A stretch of 64,000 bases of DNA from assembly GCF_006345805.1 (NCBI RefSeq), contig NC_043026.1, forward strand, positions 7,440,001 to 7,504,000, read 5' to 3'. Positions within the stretch are counted from its first letter, which is position 1, and the number at the start of each line of letters is the position of its first letter. The translations under genes were made by a program, and so were the position numbers. A model generated the notes under the pieces. The model searched no databases. It was not told the DNA's origin and saw nothing but the letters and a program-made list of their open reading frames with translations. The DNA comes from Octopus sinensis (taxonomy: Eukaryota). Shown piece by piece: positions 12,077 to 24,782 of the stretch.

Positions 12077-12189
12077 CATCTTCATTATCCTCGTTAATTA
12101 AACTACTATTAACTGAACTAATTCTCCCTACTATTAAAACAGTTGTTACAGAGTTATTATAGCCACGACTGCTTTGATAAGAATTACGT

Positions 12190-12370
12190 GTGTTGTTATG
12201 ACCGAATTTATATTCGTTTGAAGTGACAATGGCAGGACCTTTATTAGGTGTGGTAGAATAAAAGAGTTTTGTCGTAAACAAGTTAAACATCTGGTGATAT
12301 TTATGCTGTGGAGGGAACTTTGCTTTAATAATGCCAAAGAATTGTTCCAGCAATCCCTTAACATTTAAGC
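12190..12370 (-). mobile_element. Penelope-like element remnant
   Basis: FFGIIKAKFPPQHKYHQMFNLFTTKLFYSTTPN resembles the PLE post-RT linker. Confidence 0.5.
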
Positions 12371-14109
12371 AGAAATGTGATGTACCCCAGAAAAATATGA
12401 CTTCCCCCCACCTCTCTTACCTGGAGTATAGGGGACAAAGGAGCATTTGTAGTAAATGATGGACATAGTTGACATCAGGATCCAGGATCATCATTCTGGT
12501 AAGATCCTGTGGGGTCAGGTCTAAACTGAAGGACAGCATGAGTACAGCACCCCAGGGGTGGTATACAGCTTGGACTGGTCTATCATAGCTTGCTTCCTAA
12601 CCACATGGTTCTGGGTTCAATCCCACTGCATGGCGCCTTTGTCAAGTGTCTTTTACTATAGCCTCGGGCCAACCAAAGCCTTATGAGGGGATTTGTTAGA
12701 TGGAAACTGAAAGAAGCCTGTTGTGTATATATATGTATATATTTATGTGTTTGTCTCCCCCAACATCACTTGAAATCTGGTGTTCATTCATTCCATTTCA
12801 ATATTCTTCCAAAACCGTATTCCTTACACAGTCTACAGTCAACAAACTTAGCCACATTATCATGCCCCCTTCTATTGTGGTTTTGGGCCAGTTTGCTAGA
12901 TTCACTCTCACCATATGAGATTGTTCCATTTTCGCTGCAAAGGGGTGATTCACTGCTCTTATCTATGCAGAACTTGGTACAATTAGTTCTCAGAGCTTGT
13001 TCCTGGATGCTACAAATCAGGGCATCAGGGCATCCTTTCAGACCATTTAGCCACGTCCAGGTGTTGGTCTTATTTTCCCCTTCAATTTCTCTGACCCCAA
13101 ATCACTAGACTGTGAGAGCAACACCTCCACCATTAGGTCACGGGTCTTTGGATATTGAAAGCTATAAGGGTTTTTATAATCACCAGTAGAAGATCAATAT
13201 CTAAAGATGTGAGGTGTGCAACTTTTCCTCATTAAGAAAAATGCTTTGTTCAATAAGACAGAAGAGGCAGAAATGCAATAATTGTGGGTTTCAAATTTTG
13301 GCACAAGACCAGCAATTTCTGTGGCGGGAGATAAATCAATTACATCAACCCCAGAACAGCTGGTTCATATTTTGTTTAAAGGTGGGTACTGTTAATCAAA
13401 ATGTTAACTTTGTTAACCGTTAATCTGTTAACCAAAAAGTAAACTTTGATAAACATCAATTTGTTAATTCTTTAAAAATGTAAGAGAAGTTATCGATAAA
13501 CCGTTAATGTTTATTTTAATTATAGAAACCCTCCCCCCCAAACCAGTTTTTGCTCTAGAATCACCTAAAAACACCTTTAAAAAGGGCCAAAACTATAAAA
13601 TCCTTTAACTTCAATTCAAATGAAGTTAACTCAAGTAGATTTGTGTTAATGGAATTTAATTAGTCCAATAATGATTTCCAATGTTAACTTAAAATTGAAA
13701 TTGTTAACAAAAATGTTAACTTCATTAATTAGGGGTTTGGCACCCAGGTTTGATTTTATTGACCCCGAAGGGGATGAAAGGAAAAGTCGACTTTGGGGGA
13801 TTTTGAACTCAGAATGTAAAGAGAGCTGAAATACCACTTAGCATTTTTACAGGGGCACAGTAATGAATCTGCCAGCTAACGACAGCCTTGGAATAATTAC
13901 TAATAACGAATTCTAATAGGAGCTGGGTTTATTATGGAGAAACTCAACTAAATAACCTTTCAAGTATTAGACCGGAGACTGACACACACACACACTCTCT
14001 CTCTCTCTCTCTTTCTCTCTCAATGTTTTGCTTTGTTAAATTCTATCAGATCAGAATATACATGTGTCACATAAAACAATCCACTTTACTTTTTCTTTCA
14101 CTTTTCATT

Positions 14110-14328
14110 CTCTGTCTGTCTACCCGTCTGTCTGTCTGTCTGTTTTTATTCATCCATCCATCTATTTATTTATCTCTCTCTCTCTCTCTCTCTCTCCACC
14201 TCTGTCTGTCTGTCCATCCATCTCTGTCCATCACTCTATCTATCTATATCTATCTGTCTGTCTGTCTATCTATCTATCTTTCTATCTGTCTATCTGTCTA
14301 TCTATCTCTCTGTCTGTCTGTCTATCTA

Positions 14329-14367
<39 letters not shown>

Positions 14368-14371
14368 TCTA

Positions 14372-14407
<36 letters not shown>

Positions 14408-14411
14408 TCTA

Positions 14412-14455
<44 letters not shown>

Positions 14456-14531
14456 TCTATATGTCTGTCTGTCTGTCTCTCTGTCTGTCTGTCCATCCAT
14501 CTCTGTCCATCACTCTATCTATCTATATATA

Positions 14532-14599
<68 letters not shown>

Positions 14600-14690
14600 C
14601 TATCTATCTATCTGTCTATCTATCTCTCTATCTATCTATCTATCTGTCTGTCTGTCTATCTATCTATCTGTCTGTCTGTCTGTCTGTCTA

Positions 14691-14733
<43 letters not shown>

Positions 14734-14754
14734 GTCTGTCTGTCTGTCTATCTG

Positions 14755-14789
<35 letters not shown>

Positions 14790-14834
14790 GTCTGTCTGTC
14801 TGTCTGTCTATCTGTCTATCTATCTATCTATCTA

Positions 14835-14900
<66 letters not shown>
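14110..14900. repeat. (TCTA/TCTG)n tetranucleotide array
   Basis: Direct reading; source of the spurious 300-aa ORFs. Confidence 0.95.
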
Positions 14901-15326
14901 CCTGACTGCTCGTCTGTCTGCCTGTCTAATTTTCTCTCTATCTCCTTTTGTCTGTATATATGTGAGACAGCTATTTAAATTTAAAAAGAAATATTTCTAA
15001 ATATCTATTATATTATTATCTAATATATAAATATGAAAATTGTCTAATTAACATTTTTAAATATATCATTATACATATTTATCATATATATATATATATA
15101 TACATATATATACATATATATACACATATATATATACATATATATATGATAATATATATTTGAATGTATGTTATACATAAGGAAAAAATTATAAGCTTTT
15201 GTATTAATTTCCCCCTTAATTGGTTTTGCAAGCTGGCAACTTGATGAATATACATACATATGATTGATTGATTGATTGATTCTAGTTTCAGCTCATGAGC
15301 TGTGGCCATGCTGGGGCACCGCCATT

Positions 15327-15358
<32 letters not shown>

Positions 15359-15501
15359 AATATGAGGGAATCTAATTCCAAACTTACAGGGAATTTTGCA
15401 CTTTACTTTATCATCGTTATATGTTTTATCTTATATTTAATCTTTCTATAAGATGTAATTTTTCATTATTGAATTGATAAAAGGTGTTTTTTTTTCTAAT
15501 T

Positions 15502-15572
<71 letters not shown>

Positions 15573-16011
15573 ATATATTATATCTATAATACACACATAT
15601 TTATATAAATACAGAGTGAGAGAGAGAGAGAGGCACACATATGCACATCCACATCCACATGGCTATAAATATACCCATGACTTTCAGAAACATATTTTTA
15701 CAGTTTCAGAATCGATGAAGCATGGACTCAACTGCCTGCATCAGTTGTTCGCTGTCAGGAAACGAACATCCTTCAGGTCTTCCATACTTCCTGAAATTTT
15801 GCTAACATTTTTTTCTTTTAGTCTTTTATCTGTTTCAGTCATTTGACTGTGGCCATGCTGGAGCACTGCCTTTAGTCGAGCAAATCGACTCCCAGGACTT
15901 ATTCTTTGTGAGCCTAGTACTTATTCTATCAGTCTCTTTTGTAGAACCGCTAAGTTACAGGGATGTAAACACACCAGCATCGGTTGTCAAGCGATGATGG
16001 ACACACACACT

Positions 16012-16074
<63 letters not shown>

Positions 16075-16142
16075 ACACACACACACAGATGCATGTACAT
16101 ACAGACACACACTTACACCAAGAAATTGTACGTTTAACTCAC

Positions 16143-16191
16143 CAAGTATTACGAGAAACAGGAGCAGGACCCCAACTCTACAGGTAGCCAT
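16143..16191 (-). CDS. M4 protease exon 1 (signal peptide MATCRVGVLLLFLVIL)
   Basis: ATG at 16191 followed by 16 codons plus 1 nt, then a consensus donor G|GTGAGT. Phase 1 matches the acceptor at 9931. The join gives MATCRVGVLLLFLVILAFLGSHCVTSA-KWRQ and a 631-aa preproprotein. Confidence 0.8.
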
Positions 16192-16473
16192 CGTCTCTCT
16201 GTGTCACAGTGGTCAGTCAGAATTGGACGATAGCCAGAATTGGTCAAGCAGAGTCACAGCAAGGATGGAACAGTGGACTTTGAGCCAGGGGACAGAGGCA
16301 AATGTTTAAAACAGCCGACTTTCCAGGTGTAGGGCCTTATACGCGGTTGACGGTTGCGCCACACAGAGAGGGCCTTCAGTCTGATGCGGACAGAGTGAGT
16401 GGACACTGTTGCTATGAGAGAGAGAGAGTGGATGCTCACGCTCGGGTTGTGGAACACTCGTTCAAAATGGGGG

Positions 16474-16556
16474 TATTATATAAGTGAGGGGGGGGAGCTT
16501 TATGGGGGGTGGGGGTGGAAATGAAAACAGGCCGAGACAATCTTTTGTCTGATTGG
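16474..16556 (-). promoter_or_regulatory. Putative Pol II promoter of the M4 protease gene (TATA, CACCC boxes, CCAAT)
   Basis: On the minus strand: TATATAA at 16482-16476, CCACCCCCACCCCCC at about 16518-16504 and CCAAT at 16556-16552. Order and spacing are canonical, about 290 nt upstream of the ATG. Confidence 0.5.
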
Positions 16557-16957
16557 ACAGTCACCGGTTATGTGTTGCTGCCTGTTTGTCTGTCTGTCTG
16601 TGTGTATATGTGTGTTTGTGTGTGTGTGTGCGTGTATTTTGGTGTCTATGCGTCGCCAAACTGGCTTCTGTTTCAGCTCGTTAGTAGATTGGTATTTAAA
16701 AGCAACTGTAGAATCTTCATTATCCTACTCAACGCATTCTCTCTCTCTGACACACACACACACACACGTATGCATGCACACACACACACTGCCATGCGCT
16801 TACATTTATGTGTGTTTGTGTGTGTTGTACATAAGCATATATGTATGTATGTATGCCTGTATATACATCAATTACTCTCACCCCCTCTGAACACACACAT
16901 ATATTATATATACATATATAAATATATACATACATATACATACATACATACATATAC

Positions 16958-16988
<31 letters not shown>

Positions 16989-17058
16989 TAGTATATTTAT
17001 ATATACATAGATATGGATATATATATATATAATGTGTATATCTATATGTGTGTGTGTA

Positions 17059-17110
<52 letters not shown>

Positions 17111-17579
17111 TATGTATCTATATATATATATATAGACACACACAAATTTATAAGCACACACACACACACATGAACACACCCAGTCTAAATAACATGACAC
17201 TGGAAAACAGTGGTGACAGTAGTCAGAGTATTACTACTGCTGCTACTACTACTACTACAATTGCTGCTGCTGCTGCTGCTACTACTACTTCTGCTGCTGT
17301 TGTTGCACCAATTAGTTCCCAAAGGTTGTTGCTGTCGAAGTTTTGAATGTCAACGGCATTGTGTTGCCTTCCTCTCATCCCCAGCCTCCCACCACCAACA
17401 CCACCACACACACACCAACACCGCCGCCGCCCCCGTTACTGTCACCAACGTTATCATCATCATCAGTAGCATCATCATCATCATCATCATCATAATAAGC
17501 GTCGTTGTTCCACATCCATAAACACAATTACAAAGCCAACATTTGCAAAGTACTGCTGACCCTTCTTTCCTTGTAAAAA

Positions 17580-18010
17580 CAACACACTCACACACACACA
17601 TTCTCACACACACATACATACATACTCAGACACACACACACACACATTCACACACAGACACATTCTCTCACATATATTCACACACACACACACACATACA
17701 TACACAGACACAGTCACACACAAACACATACATACATTACTACATACATACATACACAGACACACACACATGCACACACACACATGCACATTCACACAGA
17801 CACATTCTCACACATATATTCACACACACACATACACACACGTGCATACACACATGTACACGCACATACACATACATACAAACATATATGCACACACACA
17901 TTCACACACTCACATATATTCATTCACACACACACATACATACACAGCCATACACACACATACACACACGCACATACACACACATGCAAACACACACACA
18001 CACACACACA
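17580..18010. repeat. Degenerate (CA)n array
   Basis: Direct reading. Confidence 0.9.
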
Positions 18011-18437
18011 CATTTGTATGTGTGCACATGTCTAGCTTTCATAGGCGTAGCTGTGTGGTAAGAAATTTTCTTTCCTGACCACATAGCTCCGGGTTCAATC
18101 CTGCTGCGTGGTACCTTTTCAAGTGCCTTCTACTATAGCTTCAGGCCGATCAAAGCCTTGTGAGTGGACGTGGTTAATGTGAATTGAAAGAAACCTCAGG
18201 TAGGTGGCGCTGCTTAATATGTAGAAAGGGTGAAGATAGGAACTCCGTAGGGTGTACCTGGTGCAAGTTACGAACACATAAGAGGTGCAACAATATTAGA
18301 AGGTTGAAGTGGTTGGCATTAGGAAGGACATCCAGGGGTAGAAACCAAACCCAAATCAGACTGGAGCCTGGTGCAGCTCTCCAGCTTATGACCAGTCATA
18401 GAGTGACCGTTGGTTTAGCACCAATAAAGTGCTTAGC

Positions 18438-18835
18438 AGGAGTGGCTGTGTGGTAAGTAGCTTGCTTACCAACCACATGGTTCCGGGTTCAGTCCCACTG
18501 CGTGGCATCTTGGGCAAGTGTCTTCTGCTATAGCCCCGGGCTGACCAATGCCTTGTGAGTGGATTTGGTAGACGGAAACTGAAAGAAGCCTGTCGTATAT
18601 ATGTATATGTATGTATATATATGTGTGTGTGTGTTTGTGTGTCTGTGTTTGTCCCCCTAGCATTGCCTGACAACCGATGCTGGTGTGTTTACGTCCCCGT
18701 CACTTAGCAGTTCGGCAAAAAGAGACCGATAGAATAAGTACTGGGCTTACAAAGAATAAGTCCCGGGGTCGATTCGCTTGACTAAAGGCGGTGCTCCAGC
18801 ATGGCCGCAGTCAAATGACTGAAACAAGTAAAAGA
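18438..18835 (+). mobile_element. tRNA-derived SINE family A (representative full copy)
   Basis: GGAGTGGCTGTGTGGTAAG (A box)...GGTTCAGTCCC (B box), internal (TA/TG)n and a GTAAAAGA tail. Partial copies at about 2600-2765, 3860-4190, 12585-12780, 15810-16000, 49280-49440 and 57110-57255. Confidence 0.8.
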
Positions 18836-19899
18836 AAAAAAAAAGTATAGTCGACTCATCAGACTCAAGTAACCTCTCTACAACTGGAGGACGATTTTGT
18901 CAACAAAAATAATTGTCTTTGCTGCAGGCAGGATGGGGTTACTCTCCTTAGAACCGATCCAGCTCTGATGATATCAGAAGGAGCTGCAACAGGACTAGAC
19001 AATTCAACGAATGAAGAATTCCAAGTATGATGTAGGAAACATTTTAGATGCAAGCATTGACTGAATACTTCTTTCCTGGAGCTTAAAAAAGTCCTCGAGT
19101 CAATCGAGATTTTTTTAGGATTCTTGCCTTCTCTACCAATCAAAGTTTACTTCGTTTGCTCCAGTTTATATAAGCCCCACACCGGTTGTTCAAGGAACTT
19201 CTATTTAATTATGCATGGGGTTCCCACCTCTTTTATGTGCCATATGTGGCTGACCAGAGATGCAATATTGCACCTTTCTAGTATTCTAAAAGAGGACGTG
19301 GTTGTTCAGATGTTACTTAAATGGGGGGGGGGGTGCAGGGTTTTGTTTAGTCAGCCAACTGACTGTTAAGTATTTCTTCCTTCAGTGGTAGAGAGGTTAT
19401 GTGGCTCCGGCCATTTGAGTGTGAAATGTCGCCTATACTGCTAAGCGCTTTATATTGCAAAGTCAATGGTCATTCTATGATAGACCATAACTTCAAACTC
19501 CCTAAAAAATATATTACTGCTCTAATCCTTTAGAGTGTGGTTCTTTTCAGATACATGAACAACTGACGATGCGTGCATACATACACGCGCGCACACACAT
19601 ACAGTAAGTTTATTGTTTCGTTTATGTAGGAACAAGAACAAAATTACTTCATCTGGTGAGAGATAAATATTATTTAATGTTCACAGTATTTAAAATAAGG
19701 GCTACTAATAAATTCAGGCCATTGAGACACTGGAATTAGGCAGAGTTATATGATGTACCTTGTGTCTTCAAACAATCTTCTGGCTCAGGGCACGTGGTTA
19801 GTTCTATTTGGAAGAAAAAATGTGATTTCTCATGTACCACTGTCCTGGTTTTCAAATAGAACTAACAAAGTTAACAGAGTGGCCTAGGTGCTTAAGAAG

Positions 19900-20200
19900 C
19901 CAGGATTAAAAAAAAGAACTCATTCAGTGAGTTCCTCATCATCTGATGGCTTCTCATCTTAAACAAAGGGTTACCTTTTGTGGACTTGTTACTGAATCTT
20001 TCTTGAGTAAGAATCATCACAACTGATGAAAAGTGGGTTCCTTATAATCATATAGAAGGAAACAAAAATGGTTAGCATCCAATGGAAGAAGAGAAGACAT
20101 TCCTTAACCAGAATTACACGGGAAAAAAGTTATGCTTTGCGTTTGAAAGGATATGAAGGGTATCATGTGTCATGGATTGTTAAACCAAAATGAAACGGTT
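19900..20200 (+). mobile_element. mariner transposase remnant
   Basis: RIITTDEKWVPYNH and PELHGKKVMLCV motifs with stops and frameshifts. Confidence 0.6.
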
Positions 20201-21252
20201 AATGAAGAGAAGTGTTGTAAAAGGTGGTGAAACATGATCTTTGATTGTTGGGTTTCACGGAGACGATGGCAAGTGACTGAGAGCTTTGGCGATATGCAGG
20301 GCTTGAGAAAACCCTGTCAAGCCAAGGGAAATCGTAGTGGTGGCCGTTGCTGGAAGCATGATCTTTCGAATGTTGAACTTCATGGATACGATAACAAGTG
20401 ACCAAGACTTTTTGTGGTGCTGTGCTAAGAAGAATTGTCAAGCGAACTGAAATGGTTGTCATGGCTGTTGCTAGTGGCATGGGAATGGCATCATACCAGT
20501 GTCATGAAAGTGGCACCCATGAAATCGTCGTCGTGGCCGTGGCTGGTGTCATGTAAAAAAGCCCCCATTACACTCTTGAAATGGTTGGTGTTAGGAAGAG
20601 CATCCAGTCGTGGAAACTATGTCGAATCAGACTGGAACCCGGTGCAGCTATCTGGTTCACCAGACCCCAGTCAAACCGTCCAACCCATGCCAGCTTGGAA
20701 AGCAGATGTTAAATGATGATGAAGATGATGATGATGATGACGACTGTAAAAAATTTACTCACACACACTCATACACCCAAGCACACACACACACAAGCAT
20801 CCACCACACATGCATACAAGCGTATGCGCAGACATACACAATACACACGCACACACACACAAACACACACACACACACAAGGTACCAAGAAATTGCACGA
20901 CACGTGTTCAGCCCCACCCTTAATCGACCCAATTGTTAGTTTAATATACTGAGAATATAGTCCAGACACTAATTAGACGCAAGTGAAATAACATTTAATG
21001 TTAAACTGCGCCAGATTACTGCCAGGACACCACCACCACCACCACCACAACAACAAAATTAATGTTGATAATAATAATAATAATACTAAGTGGCAAATAT
21101 ACTTCACATTGCGTTGCAGCTACTGTTAATACCTCGTTCAGAGATTTATTATTGTTGCTTACACTTTTGCGAGGTCAGTGACTTTTCGTCGCTGGAAAAA
21201 GGATTTATTTGTTTGCATTGGGACCCCTTCGCATCGAAGACCGGTGATTGTC

Positions 21253-21295
21253 GTGCGCTGACGACGGGTAAATACCCAGAAACCCGGGTGCGTGC
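21253..21295 (+). ncRNA. Hammerhead-like motif (GUG at cleavage site) within a direct-repeat element
   Basis: GTGCG-CTGACGA-C GGGTA AA TACCC A-GAAA-CCCGGG-TG-CGTGC. Confidence 0.5.
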
Positions 21296-22502
21296 ATATC
21301 ACGTTAGGTTGATGATGAGAAGGATGGCTTCCCTTTGCAAATACTGATAGGGCACAGAAAGTGTGTCAAAAGCGAGCTGCAGAAGATGTTCTCCTGGGGC
21401 TACAAGCTACAGTAGCATCCACCCTTAACGGTTAGCCACATTTAAGTGATAGATATACTTCACATTGTCCTGCAGCTACTGTTTATACCTCATTCAGAGA
21501 TTTATTAATAATAATAATCCTTTCTATTATAGGCACAAGGCTTGAAGTTTTGGGGGAGGGGACTAGTGGATTACATCAACCCCAGTGTTTCACCGGTACT
21601 TAATTTAGTCAACCCCGAAAGGATGAAAGGCAAAGTTGACCTCGGCGGAATTTGAACTCTGAACATAGCGACGGGCGAAATACCTATTTCTTTACTACCC
21701 ACGAGGAGCTAAACACAGAAGGGACAAACAAGGACAGACAAACGGATTAAGTCGATTACATCGACCCCAGTGCATAACTGGTACTTATTTAATTGACTCC
21801 CGAAAGGATGAAAGGCAAAGTCGACCTTGGTGAAATTTGAACTCAGAACGTAGCGGCAGCATTTCGTCCAGCGAGCTAACGATTCTTCCACCTCGCCACC
21901 TAAATAATAATAATAACAATAATAATAATAATAATAATAATGTCATATGATAAGAGAGTGATTATCAAAAAATTGAGAAATTTGAGAAATACCTTGTCAG
22001 AGAGATTAAGAGATTCGTTAAAGATTAAGATGTTAATTATTCCTTTGGTATTTGATGCCCTTGGCACGACACCCCAAAAGAATGCCTCCTAAAAGACTGA
22101 GGGATATTGGAATTGGAACTTGCATTGTTGACCTACAGAAAAATTGCAATCGCATTTTTTGTTAGAATCCCAAGAAAGGTTTCCTCGCGATTGGAGGAGA
22201 CTCGTTGCTATCAGACTTCATTATATATATTTCTGCTAATTAATATAGTGAGTAGTAGTTGTATAATTGTAATAATGATGACGATAATAACTTTAATAAC
22301 AATAATAATAATAATAATAATAATGATGGTGATGATGATGATGATGATGATGAGGATGATGATGATGGTGGTGGTGATGTTGTTGTTGTTGTTGTTGGTG
22401 GTGGTGATGATGAGGCGACAGGGGTGTGTTGGGTGTTGAGGCATGCTGCTGGCAGTAAATTCCAGTCTATTTGTGTGAATTGAGACTTTAATCGACAGCA
22501 AT

Positions 22503-22850
22503 ATACAATGAGGTACCCAAAAGTAACCGGAAACATTATTCTCCATGGGACAAACCCTTGTCGTTCAGGCTTCCGCCGCTAGGCGCAACTTTATGCGACC
22601 CTCAGGCATCGTGCCTGCCGACCGGCGTAGTCCCGTGACGTTGTATTGTCAAGTGGTGTGTCTTTGTTTTGCAGGGCTGAAACGAAGAAACAGCTTACTG
22701 CCATGAAATTCTGTTTTCTGCTGGGGAAAGCAGTGGCCGAAACAGTTGTCATGCTTCAAGCACCTTACGAGGTGGCTGCCATGAGCAGAACACAAGTTTA
22801 AGAGTAGTTTCCACGTTTAAGGAATGGTCACTTGCCACTTGAAGAACATT
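22503..22850 (+). mobile_element. mariner 5' remnant
   Basis: HTH-like translation AMKFCFLLGKAVAETVVMLQAPYEVAAMSRTQV with stops. Confidence 0.6.
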
Positions 22851-22883
22851 CTGTTCATTTGTATATAATTAACATACAAACAC

Positions 22884-22916
<33 letters not shown>

Positions 22917-22948
22917 TAATATCTATATAATATATATAATATATATAT

Positions 22949-22979
<31 letters not shown>

Positions 22980-22989
22980 ATCAAATCAA

Positions 22990-23480
22990 ATCAAACCAAA
23001 TCAAAATCGATGAACATCAATGGAATTTGTATCCTTGTGGTACCAGTGCCAGTGGCACATAAGAAAACCATCCAAGCGTGACCGTAGCCAGTACCGCATC
23101 GACTGGCCTCCGTGCTGAGGGCACGTAACAAACACCATCCGAGCGTGGCTGTTCGCCACCCTCGTCTAGCACCTGTGTCGGTGGCACATAAAAACACCAT
23201 CCGAGCGTGGCCGTCTGCCAGCCTCGTCTGGTACCTGTGTCGGTGGCACATAAAAACACCATCCGAGCGTGGCCGTCTGCCAGCCTCGCCTGGCACCTGT
23301 ATCGGTGGCACATAAAATCACCCACTACACTCTCGGAGTGGTTGGCGTTAGGAAGGACATCCAGCAGTAGAAACACTGCCAGATCTGACTGGCCTGGTGC
23401 AGCCTTCGAGCTTGCCAGACCCCAGTTGAACCGTCCAACCCATGCTAGCATGGAAAGCGGACGTTAAACGATGATGATGA
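22990..23480 (+). mobile_element. RTE-tail-derived repeat (representative copy)
   Basis: CCCACTACACTCTCGGAGTGGTTGGCGTTAGGAAGG...CCAACCCATGCTAGCATGGAAAGCGGACGTTAAACGATGATG tail with internal ~56-bp tandem units. Other copies at about 5533-5830, 7437-7590, 20200-20740, 27165-27790, 37880-38030, 41310-41695 and 43540-43800. Confidence 0.7.
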
Positions 23481-23850
23481 TATATATATATATATGTGTG
23501 TATGTGTGTGTGTGTGGAGTGTGGACATTATCAAGTTATGAATGAAGATTTGTTTCTGTTCCAATGAGAATTTCAATACATTCTGCCACGACATAAATAA
23601 TCAAGATTTCATTTCGAAAGCAGATAATTTCCTGGTGGGTGTCCTATTTTTTATTTATTTAAACATTTATTTGTTCGTTTCGGTTATGCAAAAAAAAAAA
23701 GAAGTAAATATCCAATTTAATTTTTGTATAAACCCTGTATTTGTTTCGTTTTTCAGCGACGGCATACACACCCACATAACTAGACACACACACAGCCACA
23801 CCCACATATGTACTAATGTAATCATATATATATATATATATATATATATA

Positions 23851-24102
23851 GGTACTACGTAAGAAGAGTGGTCCCGGTGCGCGCACTCGCGTACTCGCGC
23901 ATCCGCGCTAGCTAGTCGTGACTAGTCGATCCTACAACGACTACCTTAGCAAAGTAAATAAAACACAAAATAAATGATTTTTTAAAGCAAAGTAAATGAA
24001 ATACAAAAAAACATAGTAAGGATCGACTAGTCACGACTAGCTAGCGCGGATGTGCGAGTACGCGAGTGCGCGCACCGGGAACCACTTTTCTTTTGTAGTA
24101 CC
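23851..24102. mobile_element. CpG-rich foldback MITE inserted in (TA)n
   Basis: About 85-bp near-perfect inverted arms (GGTACTAC...GTAGTACC) flanked by TA repeats. Confidence 0.8.
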
Positions 24103-24114
24103 TATATATATATA

Positions 24115-24164
<50 letters not shown>

Positions 24165-24182
24165 TTCTGAGTACCTCATTTC

Positions 24183-24248
<66 letters not shown>

Positions 24249-24454
24249 TACATATACATACATACTTATTAGAGCGTGTATGCTTTTATGTGTGTGCGCG
24301 TACGTGCTGTCGTAGTTTGATACGAAACTAAGGATCCTACTCCGCTTCGTACCCATGTGTGGGTTGTGTTGTGACTGAGGCTTGATGGCCATGTGGAAGC
24401 ATTAAACCCCCTTTATTATTATTATATTCTATATTTTATAAATACAGTGACGGA

Positions 24455-24782
24455 ATGTCGAGGGAGAAGCAGCAGGTGATGGGCAAGCGTGGGGCGTCGG
24501 AGGTGTCCAGCGAGCAGCCGAAACCTTACAAGAAGAAGAAGAAAGATTGTGTGACGGACGAGGAAGAGAGGTCTTCCTTGCATGGCCTCTCCATCAACTC
24601 CCGTTACATGGAAGAGGACCTGATCGAGCATCTGAGGCGGCAGTTTAGCTCAGCCAGTGCTGCTGCATCACCGACAATCCGAACGTGCCGCACCAGTGCC
24701 AATGACACCGCGATCGCCGCCACCACCACCAACAACAACAACAATGTGACCACCACCTCTTACAACAACAACAAACATTCCA
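24455..24782 (+). CDS. OGFOD1: OGFOD1 coding exon 1
   Basis: [13 protein letters not shown]...KKKKK (NLS-like). The phase-1 donor A|GTTGAG is inferred and the 3' boundary is uncertain. An acceptor-like TACAG at 24443-24447 suggests an upstream UTR exon. Confidence 0.65.

Noticed and set aside
12421-12475. Alternative M4 first exon (MSTMSIIYYKCSFVPYTP, donor AG|GTAAGA, phase 1)
   Set aside because: It is phase-compatible but not hydrophobic, gives no signal peptide, and adjoins a Penelope remnant.
14023-15000. 300+ aa ORFs (LSIY/LSVC repeats)
   Set aside because: These are translations of (TCTA/TCTG)n microsatellite.
18438-18520. tRNA gene
   Set aside because: The A/B boxes belong to a SINE head and there is no full cloverleaf.
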